Assembly (NCBI GenBank): GCA_003486785.1
Contig: DNFZ01000090.1
Coordinates: forward strand, 1-34,916
Direction of reading: 5' to 3'
Origin: Clostridiales bacterium
GTDB lineage: Bacteria > Bacillota > Clostridia > Christensenellales > CAG-138
Length of the DNA stretch: 34,916 nucleotides
The translations under genes and the position numbers were made by a program. Below the pieces are notes generated by a model. The model was not told where the DNA came from, searched no databases, and saw nothing but the letters and a program-made list of their open reading frames with translations. Each line of letters opens with the position of its first letter. The stretch's first letter is position 1. Shown here in pieces: positions 1-10,000 of this stretch.

Positions 1-641
1 TGATCGTGATCGACCGCGACATCGAGGTGGCGGACAGGAGCCTTTATACGGCTTATATCGGCTCGGATTTTCACAAAGAGGGGGAGACGGCGGTCTCCTG
101 GCTGGAAGATCTGCTGCTGCGCAGGGGCAGGGCGGAGGATGCGATCCGCATCGTCCACATTCAGGGAACCATCGGTTCTTCCGCGCAAATCGGGCGCACC
201 GCCGCGCTGGAAGCGGCGCTTCTGCGCAACCCAAACTGGCAAATCGTCGTGCAGGAATGCGGGGACTTCACGCGCGCAAAGGCGTATGAGGTGATGAAGG
301 CGATACTGCAAAAAACCAAGGACATCGATGTCGTGTACTGCGAAAACGACGGCGAAGCGCTGGGCGCGATCGACGCCATGGAGGAAGCGGGGCTCTCGTG
401 CGATCCGAACGGCGGCGTGATCGTGATCTCCTTTGACGCGACGAGGCTGGGGCTATCCTACTGCTTGGCGGGGAAAATCGCGCTGAACGTGGAGTGTAAC
501 CCCTTGCAGGGCCCGTATGTAGCGGATATGATTCAGCGCATGGAGCGCGGCGAAACCGTCGAGCGGGTGAAGTATATCGACGAAACCGCGTTCGACTGCT
601 TTACGATCACCAGAGCGATGATCGAAGGCAGAGGTTACTGA
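1..641 (+). CDS. Periplasmic sugar-binding protein (type I PBP, YtfQ/RbsB-like, CUT2 family), C-terminal part; the 5' end lies outside the window
   Basis: The frame is open to the window edge. The product is a clear paralogue of the 940..1974 protein, sharing HIQG-x-G-x-x-AQIGRTAAL, ENDG-x-A-x-GA and FD blocks. It also carries GDFTRAKAYEVM, which resembles the E. coli YtfQ motif as I remember it. Stop codon at 639-641. Confidence 0.75.
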   Translation, partial: IVIDRDIEVADRSLYTAYIGSDFHKEGETAVSWLEDLLLRRGRAEDAIRIVHIQGTIGSSAQIGRTAALEAALLRNPNWQIVVQECGDFTRAKAYEVMKAILQKTKDIDVVYCENDGEALGAIDAMEEAGLSCDPNGGVIVISFDATRLGLSYCLAGKIALNVECNPLQGPYVADMIQRMERGETVERVKYIDETAFDCFTITRAMIEGRGY

Positions 642-839
642 TAAATCTTATCCTTCTTCTATTGCAAGAGTTTCAAAACGAGGCTCTATTGCGTCATCTA
701 CCCGGAATATGCTGTCGTTTATTTACGCTCATTGTTGGAAAAATTACAGTCGTTTTTGCAACACACCTGCACGTATTTCACGCGTGGTTTGTTATCTATC
801 CGGGATGGTTCACATTCTTATGCGCTTGGAGCAAAGGCG

Positions 840-868
840 TTGGTTTCGAGTTGTCTATATGTTATAAG
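840..868 (+). promoter_or_regulatory. Candidate sigma-A promoter for the sugar ABC importer operon
   Basis: TTGGTT (840-845), 17-nt spacer, TATAAG (863-868). TG at 860-861 gives an extended -10 (TGtTATAAG). It sits in the ~300-bp lower-GC intergenic region, ~70 nt upstream of the ATG at 940. Pattern match only. Confidence 0.3.
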
Positions 869-939
869 GATTGTGTCGGTCACATCTTGCTTTGCCGACC
901 TGCATATCACGACTCGAAAAAGGAAAGGAAATCGGAAAC

Positions 940-1974
940 ATGAAAAAGATTGTTGTTTTGCTCCTAGTTGCCATGCTCGCATTTGGGATGGTTGCTTGCG
1001 CAACCGCCGCGCCCGCAGCGAGCGAAGCCCCCGCCGCAGCGGCGGAAGCGCCTGCTGCAGCCCCAGCTGCGGAAGCACCCGTAGCCAAAGGCCTGATCAA
1101 AGTTGGTATCATCAACAACCCGCCGGCAGAGTCCGGCTATCGCGCGGCCAATGTTGCGGACTTTGAGAAAGTCTTCAACGAAGCCAACGGTTACGCCGTT
1201 TCCACCTTCTACAGCCTAAAGAATGACGAGCAGCTCAACGCAGCCGCGCAGTTCATCACGGATGGCGTGGACTACCTGCTCATCTCCGCTGGCGCAACGG
1301 ATGGCTGGGATACCATTCTTGCCAGCGCAAAAGAAGCCGGCATCAAAGTGTTCCTCTTCGATCGCATGATCAATACGGACGAGAGCAACTATGAAGCGGC
1401 TGTCGTTTCCGACATGGCAAATCAGGGCAACACCGCTGTCGCATGGCTCAAGGCGGAAAACCTCGAATCCTACAAGGTCATCCACATTCAGGGTGCAATG
1501 GGAAATGATGCGCAGATCGGCCGCACGGCCGCGCTGGATGCAGAGTTTGCAGCCGGCACGATGATCAAGGTTGTGCAGCAGACCGCCACGTGGGATGAAG
1601 CGACTGCCAAGCAGATCGTCGAGTCCGTCATCAACTCCGGTGAAGAGTTCAACGTCATCTACGCCGAGAACGACGGCATGGCAAAGGGCGCAGTCGCGGC
1701 GCTGGACGAAGCGGGCATCACCCACGGCGTGGGCAAAGCCGTCATCGTCATGGGCTTTGACTGCAACAAATGGGCGCTGCGCGAACTGCTCGCGGGCAAC
1801 TGGAATTACAACGGCCAGTGCAGCCCCTTCCAGGCATCTGTGATCCATGAAATGATCCAGAAGCTGGAAGCCGGCGAAACTCTCACCGTGAAAAAGGTCA
1901 TCTCCGAAGAGCGTGGCTTTGACGCAAGAACAATCACCCAGGCGGACATCGACACCTACGGCTTAGGCGAATAA
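940..1974 (+). CDS. Sugar ABC transporter substrate-binding lipoprotein (YtfQ-like, CUT2 family)
   Basis: ATG at 940 is preceded by AAAGGAAAGGAA. The N-terminus MKKIVVLLLVAMLAFGMVAC is a signal peptide with a lipobox-like Cys, followed by an Ala/Pro-rich tether (AAPAASEAPAAAAEAPAAAPAAEAP). The body has type I PBP motifs (ESGYRAAN, GWDTILASAKEAGIKVFLFDR, HIQGAMGNDAQIGRTAAL, ENDGMAKGAV). The upstream part of ORF 871.. has no RBS. Confidence 0.88.
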   Translation: MKKIVVLLLVAMLAFGMVACATAAPAASEAPAAAAEAPAAAPAAEAPVAKGLIKVGIINNPPAESGYRAANVADFEKVFNEANGYAVSTFYSLKNDEQLNAAAQFITDGVDYLLISAGATDGWDTILASAKEAGIKVFLFDRMINTDESNYEAAVVSDMANQGNTAVAWLKAENLESYKVIHIQGAMGNDAQIGRTAALDAEFAAGTMIKVVQQTATWDEATAKQIVESVINSGEEFNVIYAENDGMAKGAVAALDEAGITHGVGKAVIVMGFDCNKWALRELLAGNWNYNGQCSPFQASVIHEMIQKLEAGETLTVKKVISEERGFDARTITQADIDTYGLGE

Positions 1975-2028
1975 GCCATCCCTATGATTCAAGCCCGAAA
2001 CAGGGAATAGAGTCAACTATGCCGGTGA

Positions 2029-2057
2029 CGAGTATGCGGAGTTTCTCCGCATACTCG
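2029..2057 (+). promoter_or_regulatory. Intercistronic perfect stem-loop between the SBP and ATPase genes; probably an mRNA-stabilising or partial-termination element
   Basis: CGAGTATGCGGAG (2029-2041), TTT, CTCCGCATACTCG (2045-2057): 13-bp perfect inverted repeat with no following T-run. The position is typical of hairpins that raise SBP expression relative to membrane components in ABC operons. Confidence 0.5.
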
Positions 2058-2101
2058 CGCCGTTATGTTCCCCAAAGCCTACCGAGCAAAGGATGTTACC
2101 C

Positions 2102-3622
2102 ATGCCAAACGACATCGTTCTATCCATGCGAAACATCAGCAAGACTTTTCCCGGCGTGCGCGCGCTGCACAACGTGGATTTTACGCTCTATGCAGGCGAG
2201 ATCCATGCGTTGATGGGCGAAAACGGCGCAGGAAAATCGACGCTGATCAAGGTGCTCACGGGCGTATACCCGAAGGATGCCGGAAGGATCCAGATCGCGG
2301 GCAGCAGCAAAGACGTAAACATCAAGTCCCCGCAGGAAGCGCAAAACCTCGGCATCAGCACCGTCTATCAGGAGATCACACTCTGCCCGAACCTGACCGT
2401 TGCGGAGAATATGTTCATCGGGCGCGGTGCCTATCGCCTCGTCAACTGGCGTACGATGCGGGAGAAGACCGCTGAGATTTTGGAGAAACTAAATATTCCC
2501 GCCAGAGCGACACAGCAGCTTGCAACGTGCTCTCTTGCCGTGCAGCAGATGGTCGCTATTGCGCGCGCGGTTGATATGGACTGCAAGGCGCTCATCCTCG
2601 ACGAGCCGACCTCTTCTCTCGATGAGCGCGAGGTAGAAAAGCTCTTTGCGCTGATGCGCGAGCTCAAGTCGCGCGGTGTTGGCATTATCTTCATCACGCA
2701 TTTTCTAGAGCAGGTTTACGAAGTATGCGATCGGATCACCGTGCTGCGCAACGGCGAACTCATCGGCGCATACGATGTCAAAGATTTACCACGCGTGCAG
2801 CTTATTTCAAAGATGATGGGCAAAGAGCTGGACGATATCTCCCATATCCACAACCGCCGCACAGCATCTGCCGAGCCGGGCCGCGCGCCTGTGTTCGAGG
2901 CGGAGGGCCTTGCCAGCGCGGCGGGAACGCGTGCATTTGATTTTAAGATTGATCAAGGAGAAGTCAACGGGTTTACAGGCCTTCTCGGCTCCGGCCGCAG
3001 CGAGAGCGTTCGCGCAATCTTCGGTGCGGACCCGATCACCGGTGGCAAGATTCGAATCAACGGAAAACCCGCAAAGATAGCAAAACCCAAGGACGCCATG
3101 CGCCATGGCATCGGATATTTGCCGGAGGATCGCAAGCAGGACGGGATTATCGACGATCTCTCCGTGCGCGAGAACATCATTCTGGCGCTTCAGGTGCTGC
3201 GCGGCTTTCTCCGCCCGTTTTCCAGAAGCGAGGCGGAGCGGTTTGCGGAGGAGTATATCAACCTGCTCGGCATCAAGACCGCGTCAAGCGATACGCCGAT
3301 CAAGTCTCTCTCTGGCGGCAACCAGCAAAAAGCGATTCTAGCGCGCTGGCTGCTCACCAAGCCGCAGTATCTCATCCTGGATGAGCCAACGCGCGGCATC
3401 GACGTCGGCACCAAGGTTGAGATTCAAAAGCTCGTGCTCAAGCTCGCCGAAGACGGCGTGAGCGTTACGTTCATCTCATCCGAAATCGAGGAGATGCTGC
3501 GCACCTGCTCGCGGTTGATCGTCATGCGGGATCGCAAGATCGTCGGCGAGCTCATGCAGGACGAGATGACGCAGGCGAAGATCATGCATACCATAGCAGG
3601 GGAGGCGGCACAGAATGGCTAA
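2102..3622 (+). CDS. Sugar ABC transporter ATP-binding protein with duplicated ABC domains (RbsA/MglA/YtfR-like)
   Basis: Two nucleotide-binding domains. The first has Walker A GENGAGKST and LILDEPTSSLD. The second has the signature LSGGNQQK and LILDEPTRGID. I prefer the ATG at 2102 (AAAGGA 8 nt upstream) over the ATG at 2093, which directly abuts the RBS. Confidence 0.9.
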   Translation: MPNDIVLSMRNISKTFPGVRALHNVDFTLYAGEIHALMGENGAGKSTLIKVLTGVYPKDAGRIQIAGSSKDVNIKSPQEAQNLGISTVYQEITLCPNLTVAENMFIGRGAYRLVNWRTMREKTAEILEKLNIPARATQQLATCSLAVQQMVAIARAVDMDCKALILDEPTSSLDEREVEKLFALMRELKSRGVGIIFITHFLEQVYEVCDRITVLRNGELIGAYDVKDLPRVQLISKMMGKELDDISHIHNRRTASAEPGRAPVFEAEGLASAAGTRAFDFKIDQGEVNGFTGLLGSGRSESVRAIFGADPITGGKIRINGKPAKIAKPKDAMRHGIGYLPEDRKQDGIIDDLSVRENIILALQVLRGFLRPFSRSEAERFAEEYINLLGIKTASSDTPIKSLSGGNQQKAILARWLLTKPQYLILDEPTRGIDVGTKVEIQKLVLKLAEDGVSVTFISSEIEEMLRTCSRLIVMRDRKIVGELMQDEMTQAKIMHTIAGEAAQNG

Positions 3623-4688
3623 GAGGTTTAACCGATTTAAAAAATCGCAGCTGGTGATTCCGCTCTTTGCGCTGCTGCTGCTCGTCGTTTTCAACCTTGT
3701 TCGGGACGCGGGATTTTTTTCGCTGAATATTGCGACCAATAACGACGGAAACCCGGTCCTGACGGGCAACATCGTCAGCATACTCAACAGCGCGTCAGAA
3801 CTCGCGATCATCGCCATCGGCATGACGCTGGTCACCGCAAGCTCGCGCGGGCAGGACATCAGCGTTGGCGCGGTGGCGGCCATCGCAGGCAGCGTGTTTG
3901 TGCGCGTGCTGCGCGAGCATAGCATCTCCTGGCCGATCATTCTATTGGCGTTTCTCGGCGGATGCGCGGCGGCGGTGCTCTGCGGAGCGTTCAATGGCAC
4001 GCTTGTCGCCGGGTTTCGGATTCAGCCGATGATCGCAACGCTGATCCTTCTCACCGCGGGCAGGCCGATCGCCTACTGGATCAACGGCGGCGCCACCCCG
4101 ACTGTGTCAAGCCCCTTGCTCGGCTACATCGGCAGCTTTATTCCGGGCGTGCCGATTCCAACGCCGATCCTGATCGTCGTGGTTTTCTCCGTGCTTGTGT
4201 CGTTGATATTACGCCTAACCAACCTCGGCCTTTACACGCAGGCGGTGGGCATCAACGAAAAATCCGCACGGCTCAACGGCATCAACGCCTTTGGCATGAA
4301 GATTCTCTCCTTCATGATGCTGGGCGTTTGTGTTTCGATTGCGGGCTGCATCAGCGTGAGCCGCATCGGGCTCATCAACCATGAAACGCTGCTGCTCGAT
4401 ATTGAAATGGACGCGATTCTGGCGGTCGCCATCGGCGGCAATGCGCTCAGCGGCGGAAAATTCAACATCGCGGGGTCCGTGATGGGCGCATATATCATTC
4501 AGGCGCTGACCATCACGCTCTACGCCATGAAGGTTTCTTCCACCGCGGTCAAGGCATATAAGGCGATCGTCATCATCGCAATCGTCGTGCTGGGTTCTCC
4601 TGTGGTGCAAGGTTATCTGCTCCGGCTGCGGGATATGCTGTTCCAAAAAACGAAGAAGACGACGGAGATGCAAGCGTATGGAGATTAA
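3615..4688 (+). CDS. Sugar ABC transporter permease (CUT2 family, YtfT/RbsC-like)
   Basis: Highly hydrophobic multi-TM protein. The start overlaps the ATPase stop, and GGGGAGG lies upstream. Typical branched-chain/ribose-type permease composition. Confidence 0.88.
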   Translation: MAKRFNRFKKSQLVIPLFALLLLVVFNLVRDAGFFSLNIATNNDGNPVLTGNIVSILNSASELAIIAIGMTLVTASSRGQDISVGAVAAIAGSVFVRVLREHSISWPIILLAFLGGCAAAVLCGAFNGTLVAGFRIQPMIATLILLTAGRPIAYWINGGATPTVSSPLLGYIGSFIPGVPIPTPILIVVVFSVLVSLILRLTNLGLYTQAVGINEKSARLNGINAFGMKILSFMMLGVCVSIAGCISVSRIGLINHETLLLDIEMDAILAVAIGGNALSGGKFNIAGSVMGAYIIQALTITLYAMKVSSTAVKAYKAIVIIAIVVLGSPVVQGYLLRLRDMLFQKTKKTTEMQAYGD

Positions 4689-5742
4689 TCGCAAACACGC
4701 AGCACAGCGGCTGAGCCTCAAAGGTCGGGAACCGATCTCCAACACTAACCTGCTGCTTGCCATCACCGTTTGCACGTTCTTTGGCATGTATGGCATGGCG
4801 ATGGGGGTCTGGGGCGGCGGCTTCCTCAATCCGCAGCAGTTTTTGGATCTTTTTAACAACAACTCCTTCCTCATCGTCGTTGCGTGCGGGCTCACCATCG
4901 TGATGATCGCGGGCGGCATCGATATCTCCGTAGGCGGCATTACGGCGCTGGTGACGATGGTATGCGTGGTCTATCTCGACGACAAGGGTGGAAGCGTTGC
5001 GGGGTCTTTGGCAATCGCGCTCGGCATCGGCACCGCATTTGGCCTCGTGCAGGGGTTTCTTGTGTCCTATCTGGAGATTCAGCCGTTTATCGTCACGCTG
5101 GCCGGCATGTTTTTTGCAAAGGGGATGACCACCATCGTCAGCGTTGCGCCGCGAACGGCAGAGCATGCGGCGTTCCTTGCGCTCAAGCAGTTTCGCATCG
5201 TAATCCCCGGCATCGGCTCCTATGGAAAGACGGGCAACTTCATACCTGCGCGCATCGAGCTTGGCGTGATCATCGCGCTTGCCGTCGTGCTCGCGGTGTT
5301 TATCGTGCTCAAGTGGACGCGGTTTGGCAGAAATCTCTACGCAATCGGCGGCAACAGCCAAAGCGCGCTGATGCTTGGCATCAACGTCAAGCGCACGCGC
5401 TTTTTCTCGTATCTATTCAGCGGCGTGCTCTCCGGCATCGGCGGATACGTCTACCTGCTGCACACGGGCGCAGGCAATGCAAGCAACGCGACGGCGGCGG
5501 AGATGCAGGCCATCGCCTCCGCGATCATCGGCGGCACGCTGCTCACCGGCGGCGTGGGGAATGTCGTCGGCACGCTCTTTGGCGTGCTCTCGCTCAAAAC
5601 GATCAACAACATCGTCATCGCCTCGGGGCTAAGAGAGCCGTATTGGCAGAGCATTACCACGGGGCTGATGTTGTGCTTCTTCATCCTGCTGCAAAGCGTA
5701 ATCCTCAAGATTCGCGAAGGCAGCGCGTCAAAGCGAGACTAG
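4678..5742 (+). CDS. Sugar ABC transporter permease, second subunit (YjfF/RbsC-like)
   Basis: Paralogous multi-TM permease whose start overlaps the end of the previous gene by 11 nt. The two-permease arrangement matches the YtfQRT-YjfF type of CUT2 systems. Confidence 0.88.
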   Translation: MEINRKHAAQRLSLKGREPISNTNLLLAITVCTFFGMYGMAMGVWGGGFLNPQQFLDLFNNNSFLIVVACGLTIVMIAGGIDISVGGITALVTMVCVVYLDDKGGSVAGSLAIALGIGTAFGLVQGFLVSYLEIQPFIVTLAGMFFAKGMTTIVSVAPRTAEHAAFLALKQFRIVIPGIGSYGKTGNFIPARIELGVIIALAVVLAVFIVLKWTRFGRNLYAIGGNSQSALMLGINVKRTRFFSYLFSGVLSGIGGYVYLLHTGAGNASNATAAEMQAIASAIIGGTLLTGGVGNVVGTLFGVLSLKTINNIVIASGLREPYWQSITTGLMLCFFILLQSVILKIREGSASKRD

Positions 5743-5757
5743 CAGAACGTACGAAGA

Positions 5758-5795
5758 ACGACTTCTCAGAAAAAATCGCTGAGAAGTCGTTTTTC
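5758..5795 (+). terminator. Rho-independent terminator of the sugar ABC operon
   Basis: ACGACTTCTCAG (5758-5769), 9-nt loop, CTGAGAAGTCGT (5779-5790): perfect 12-bp stem, followed by TTTTT. Confidence 0.85.
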
Positions 5796-5852
5796 TGCGC
5801 AGCTCGTGAGAGTATAATTATAAAAATTCTTGGCATAAATATTATATTTAGC

Positions 5853-5881
5853 TTTCTTCTTGATTGCGTTTGTGTTATATT
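5853..5881 (+). promoter_or_regulatory. Candidate extended -10 promoter for carA-carB
   Basis: TGtTATATT at 5873-5881 inside a conspicuously AT-rich island (about 5810-5900), with a weak -35 (TTTCTT at 5853-5858). About 64 nt upstream of the carA ATG. A perfect TATAAT at 5813-5818 is an alternative. Pattern only. Confidence 0.25.
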
Positions 5882-5944
5882 TCTCGCTAAAGAAAAAAAC
5901 AGGCAATCAGTGTGGAAAAACGATAGGAAGACAGGAGGAAGCGG

Positions 5945-7042
5945 ATGGAGCAGCCAAGATACCTGATTCTGGAAAACGGGCAGGTCTTTCGCGGTCGGCC
6001 GTTTGGGGCCACGGGACAGGTGATCGCCGAAATTGTGTTTACGACCGCCATGACCGGATATCTTGAGACGTTGACCGATCCAAGCTATTACGGCCAGATG
6101 GTGGTGCAGGCGTTTCCGCTAGTCGGCAACTATGGCGTCATTCCTGCCGACTTTGAGGCGGAAAACCCCGCGTTGCAAGCGTATATTGTTCGTTCCTGGT
6201 GTCAGGTGCCTTCAAACTTTCGAAGTGAAGAAGACCTTGACACTTTTTTATTATCGAGAGGAATTGTAGGACTATGGGATATCGACACCCGCGCGCTGGT
6301 CAAAATCATCCGCGAATACGGCGTGATGAATGCGCTGATCACGGACGATCCCAACCCGAATGAAGCGACACTGCAAAAGCTTCGCAACTATCGTCTCACA
6401 GGCGCGGTGGCGGCGGTCAGCGGAAAGAGCACGGCAATCCTGCGTGCCAGCGAGAATAAGCGTCACGTCGCGCTCTGGGACTTTGGCGCCAAGCGAAACA
6501 TCGCAAACGAACTCGTCAAGCGCGGCTGCGACGTGACGGTTTTCCCCTCCTCCGCAACCGCCGAAGAGATTCTCGCCCGCAAGCCCGACGGTATCATGCT
6601 CTCCAACGGCCCGGGCGACCCCGCGGAAAACACCGCGGTCATCCGCGAACTCGCTAAGCTCTGCGCGGCAAATGTGCCGATCTTCGGCATCTGTCTGGGT
6701 CACCAGCTGCTTGCGCTTGCCCGCGACGGCGAGACGATGAAGCTCAAATACGGCCATCGCGGCGCGAACCAGCCCGTACAGGAGACCGCAACGAAGCGGG
6801 TTTACATCACGAGCCAGAACCACGGTTACGCGGTGAAGACGGATTGCCTGCCCAAGCATTCCCGCGTGAGCTTCCAAAACCTCAATGACGGCACCTGCGA
6901 GGGCATGGAGTACCTCGACATACCCGCATTTTCGGTGCAGTTTCATCCCGAGGCGTGCGCAGGCCCGCTGGATACGCGCTATCTGTTTGATCGGTTTATC
7001 GACCGGTTAGACGGCACGAGGGAAACGGCGAAGATCGGATAA
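5945..7042 (+). CDS. carA: Carbamoyl-phosphate synthase small (glutaminase) subunit
   Basis: AGGAGGAA RBS. The N-terminus LENGQVFRGRPFGA...TTAMTGYLETLTDPSYYGQ is typical of CarA. Class I amidotransferase triad region PIFGICLGHQLLA ... FHPE. Confidence 0.95.
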   Translation: MEQPRYLILENGQVFRGRPFGATGQVIAEIVFTTAMTGYLETLTDPSYYGQMVVQAFPLVGNYGVIPADFEAENPALQAYIVRSWCQVPSNFRSEEDLDTFLLSRGIVGLWDIDTRALVKIIREYGVMNALITDDPNPNEATLQKLRNYRLTGAVAAVSGKSTAILRASENKRHVALWDFGAKRNIANELVKRGCDVTVFPSSATAEEILARKPDGIMLSNGPGDPAENTAVIRELAKLCAANVPIFGICLGHQLLALARDGETMKLKYGHRGANQPVQETATKRVYITSQNHGYAVKTDCLPKHSRVSFQNLNDGTCEGMEYLDIPAFSVQFHPEACAGPLDTRYLFDRFIDRLDGTRETAKIG

Positions 7043-7069
7043 CACAGGGTTTTTGATAAGGAGTATACT

Positions 7070-10000
7070 ATGCCACTGGATCAAAACATCAAGCGCGTGA
7101 TGGTGATCGGCTCCGGCCCCATCGTAATCGGCCAGGCGGCGGAGTTTGACTACGCGGGCACGCAAGCCTGCCGCGCGCTGCGCGAGGAGGGGCTGGAGGT
7201 CATCTTGGTCAACTCCAATCCCGCGACGATCATGACCGACCGCGCGATGGCGGATCAAATCTACATCGAGCCGCTTACGCTGACTACGCTCAAGCGCATC
7301 ATCGAAAAGGAGAAGCCGGACAGCCTGCTCTCCACCCTCGGTGGGCAGACGGGGCTCACGCTCTCCATGCAGCTCGCTCGAGACGGCTTTTTGGAGCAGC
7401 ACGGCGTTCGTCTGCTCGGCGCAAACCCGGAAACCATCGAAAAGGCAGAGGATCGCCAGCGCTTCAAGGACGCGATGATCGAGATCGGTCAGCCCGTGAT
7501 CCCTTCGCTTGTCGTGACAGAGCTGGAGGATGCGCTTGGTTTTGCGGAAGAGATCGGCTATCCGGTGATCGTCCGCCCGGCATTCACGCTCGGCGGCAGC
7601 GGCGGCGGTATCGCCGAAACGCGGGACACGCTGATCGAGATCGCGACCAACGGCATCCGCATGTCTCCGATCCATCAGATTCTGGTCGAAAAATGCATCT
7701 CCGGCTGGAAAGAGATCGAGTTTGAGGGCATGCGTGACAAGAATGGCAACGTCATCACGATTTGCAGCATGGAAAACTTCGACCCAGTCGGCGTGCACAC
7801 GGGCGACAGCATCGTCATCGCGCCTGCGGTGACGCTGAGCGACCGTGAATATCAAATGCTGCGCACAGCGACACGCGACATCATCGACGCCCTCGGCATC
7901 GAAGGCGGCTGCAACTGCCAGTTTGCGCTGCACCCCACGAGCTTTGACTATGCGGTGATCGAGGTCAACCCGCGCGTTTCCCGTTCCTCCGCGCTGGCCT
8001 CCAAGGCGACGGGATACCCCATTGCGAAGGTCGCAACCAAGATCGCGATCGGATACACGCTCGACGAGATTCAAAACGCGGTGACAGGGTCAACCTCCGC
8101 CTGCTTTGAGCCCGCGCTGGACTATGTGGCGGTCAAGCTGCCCAAGTGGCCGTTTGACAAGTTTGTCTACGGCCGCCGCACGCTCGGCACGCAGATGAAA
8201 GCCACGGGCGAGGTCATGGCGATAGGACCCACGTTCGAGCAGGCGCTCATGAAGGCAGTCCGCGGCGCGGAGATTTCGCAGGACAGCCTGAACATGAAAA
8301 AACTAGCAGACATTCCAACCGAACAGATTCGCGAGCGCCTTCATAACTGCGACGACGAGCGGCTGTTTGTGGTGTTTGAAGCGCTCAAGCGCGGGATCAC
8401 AATGGACGACATTCACCAAATCACGATGATCGACATCTGGTTTCTCGCAAAGCTTCTTCACCTCGTGGAATACGAACAGTCGCTGACTTCGGGCGGGTTG
8501 ACAGAAGCAGCCTATCTCGATGGGAAAAAACTCGGCTACCCGGACAATGTGCTCTCGCGCATCAGCGGGCAGCCGATACTGCAACACCTCTACGCAGGCT
8601 ATCGGATGGTAGACACCTGTGCGGCGGAGTTTGAGGCGCAGACGCCGTATTTCTACGCGGACTATGATTGCGTAGAAAACGAAGCGCAGACCTTCCTGCA
8701 AAAACACGACACGGGCAAGCGCCGCGTGATCGTGTTCGGCTCGGGGCCGATCCGCATCGGTCAAGGCATCGAGTTTGACTATGCCTCCGTCCACTGCGTC
8801 TGGGCGCTGAAGCAGGCGGGGTTTGAGGTGGTCATCGTCAACAACAACCCCGAGACGGTCTCGACCGACTTCGACACGGCGGATCGGCTCTACTTTGAGC
8901 CGCTGCTGCCGGAGGATGTGATGAACGTCATTCATACCGAGCAGCCTTACGGCGCGGTGGTCGCGTTCGGCGGGCAGACGGCGATCAAGCTCACGCGCTA
9001 TCTTTCCGAGCAGGGCGTGCGCATTCTCGGCACGCCAGCGGACAGCATCGACGCGGCGGAGGATCGGGAGCGGTTTGACGCGCTGCTGGAGCGGCTCAAC
9101 ATCAAGCGTCCGCAGGGTAAGACCGTGAAGACCGAGGATCAGGCGCTTTCTGCCGCAAACGATCTGGGCTATCCTGTGCTGATTCGCCCGAGTTACGTGC
9201 TCGGCGGGCAGAATATGATCATCGCGTTTTCGGATGACGACGTGCGTGAATACATGGGCATCATCCTGAGAAAAGGCATCGACAACCCGATTTTGATCGA
9301 TCAATACCTGATGGGCACGGAGATCGAGGTGGATGCCATCTGCGACGGGGAGGACATCCTGATCCCCGGCATCATGGAGCATATCGAGCGCGCGGGCGTG
9401 CACTCCGGCGACTCCATCGCGGTCTATCCCGCGTGGAACCTAACCGGCCCGCTCATCGAGCGCGTCGTCGAGCATTCGCGAAAACTTGCGCTCGCGCTCC
9501 ATACACGGGGGCTCATCAACATACAGTATGTAATTTATGAGAACGAAATCTACGTCATCGAGGTCAACCCGCGCTCGTCGCGCACGGTGCCGTACATCAG
9601 CAAAGTCACGGGCGTGCCGATGGTAGACCTTGCCACGCGCGCCATGCTGGGGGACAAACTCAGCGAGATGGGCTTTGGCGCGGGCTTATACAAAACGCCG
9701 CCCTATGTCGCGGTCAAGGTGCCCGTGTTCTCGTTTGAGAAGCTGGCGGATGTCGATATCCTGCTCGATCCGGAGATGAAGTCCACGGGCGAAGTGCTTG
9801 GCATCGGCAAAACGCGGGAGGAGGCGCTCTACAAAGGCCTCGTTGCCGCGGGGTACAATATGAAGCGGCGCGGGGGTTTGCTCGTCACCGTGCGGGATCA
9901 TGACAAGGCGGAGATGACCGATACGGTGCGAAAGTTTTACAGCCTTGGCTTTGTGCTCTATGCCACAAAGGGCACGGCGGCGGTGCTGGAAAAAGCGCAG

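Noticed and set aside
658-692. 8-bp direct repeat TCTATTGC (658-665 and 685-692) as a possible response-regulator binding site
   Set aside because: One 8-bp repeat within a ~300-bp region is about what chance would give. There is no supporting symmetry or further copies.
871-939. N-terminal extensions offered by the ORF track (871 for the SBP, 15545 for the dehydrogenase, 24042 for purD, 25324 for purL, 31803 for the TPK gene, 34662 for the MBL hydrolase gene)
   Set aside because: In each case an internal ATG with a good Shine-Dalgarno yields the canonical family N-terminus, such as MKKIVV... signal peptide, MIKIVVLDG, MKVMIVGGGGREH or MVERIYVEK. The extensions overlap upstream genes or intergenic DNA.
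662-1166. ORFs 662..943 and 732..1166 in the region upstream of, and overlapping, the SBP gene
   Set aside because: They have non-ATG or RBS-less starts and odd composition. They overlap the well-supported lipoprotein SBP start. The region is better explained as a promoter/regulatory intergenic region.
4215-5966. Alternative-frame ORFs over the permease genes (4215..4940 -, 4573..5361 -, 4884..5966 +)
   Set aside because: The translations are extremely Arg-rich and His-rich, with no domain signatures. The annotated frames give coherent multi-TM permeases with translational coupling.
7007-9403. Long minus-strand ORFs (7007..8074, 355 aa; 8303..9403, 366 aa) antisense to carB
   Set aside because: These are shadow ORFs typical of GC-rich DNA. 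The translations are Arg/Asp/His-rich and low in complexity, with no recognisable motifs. They lie wholly inside a confidently identified carB.
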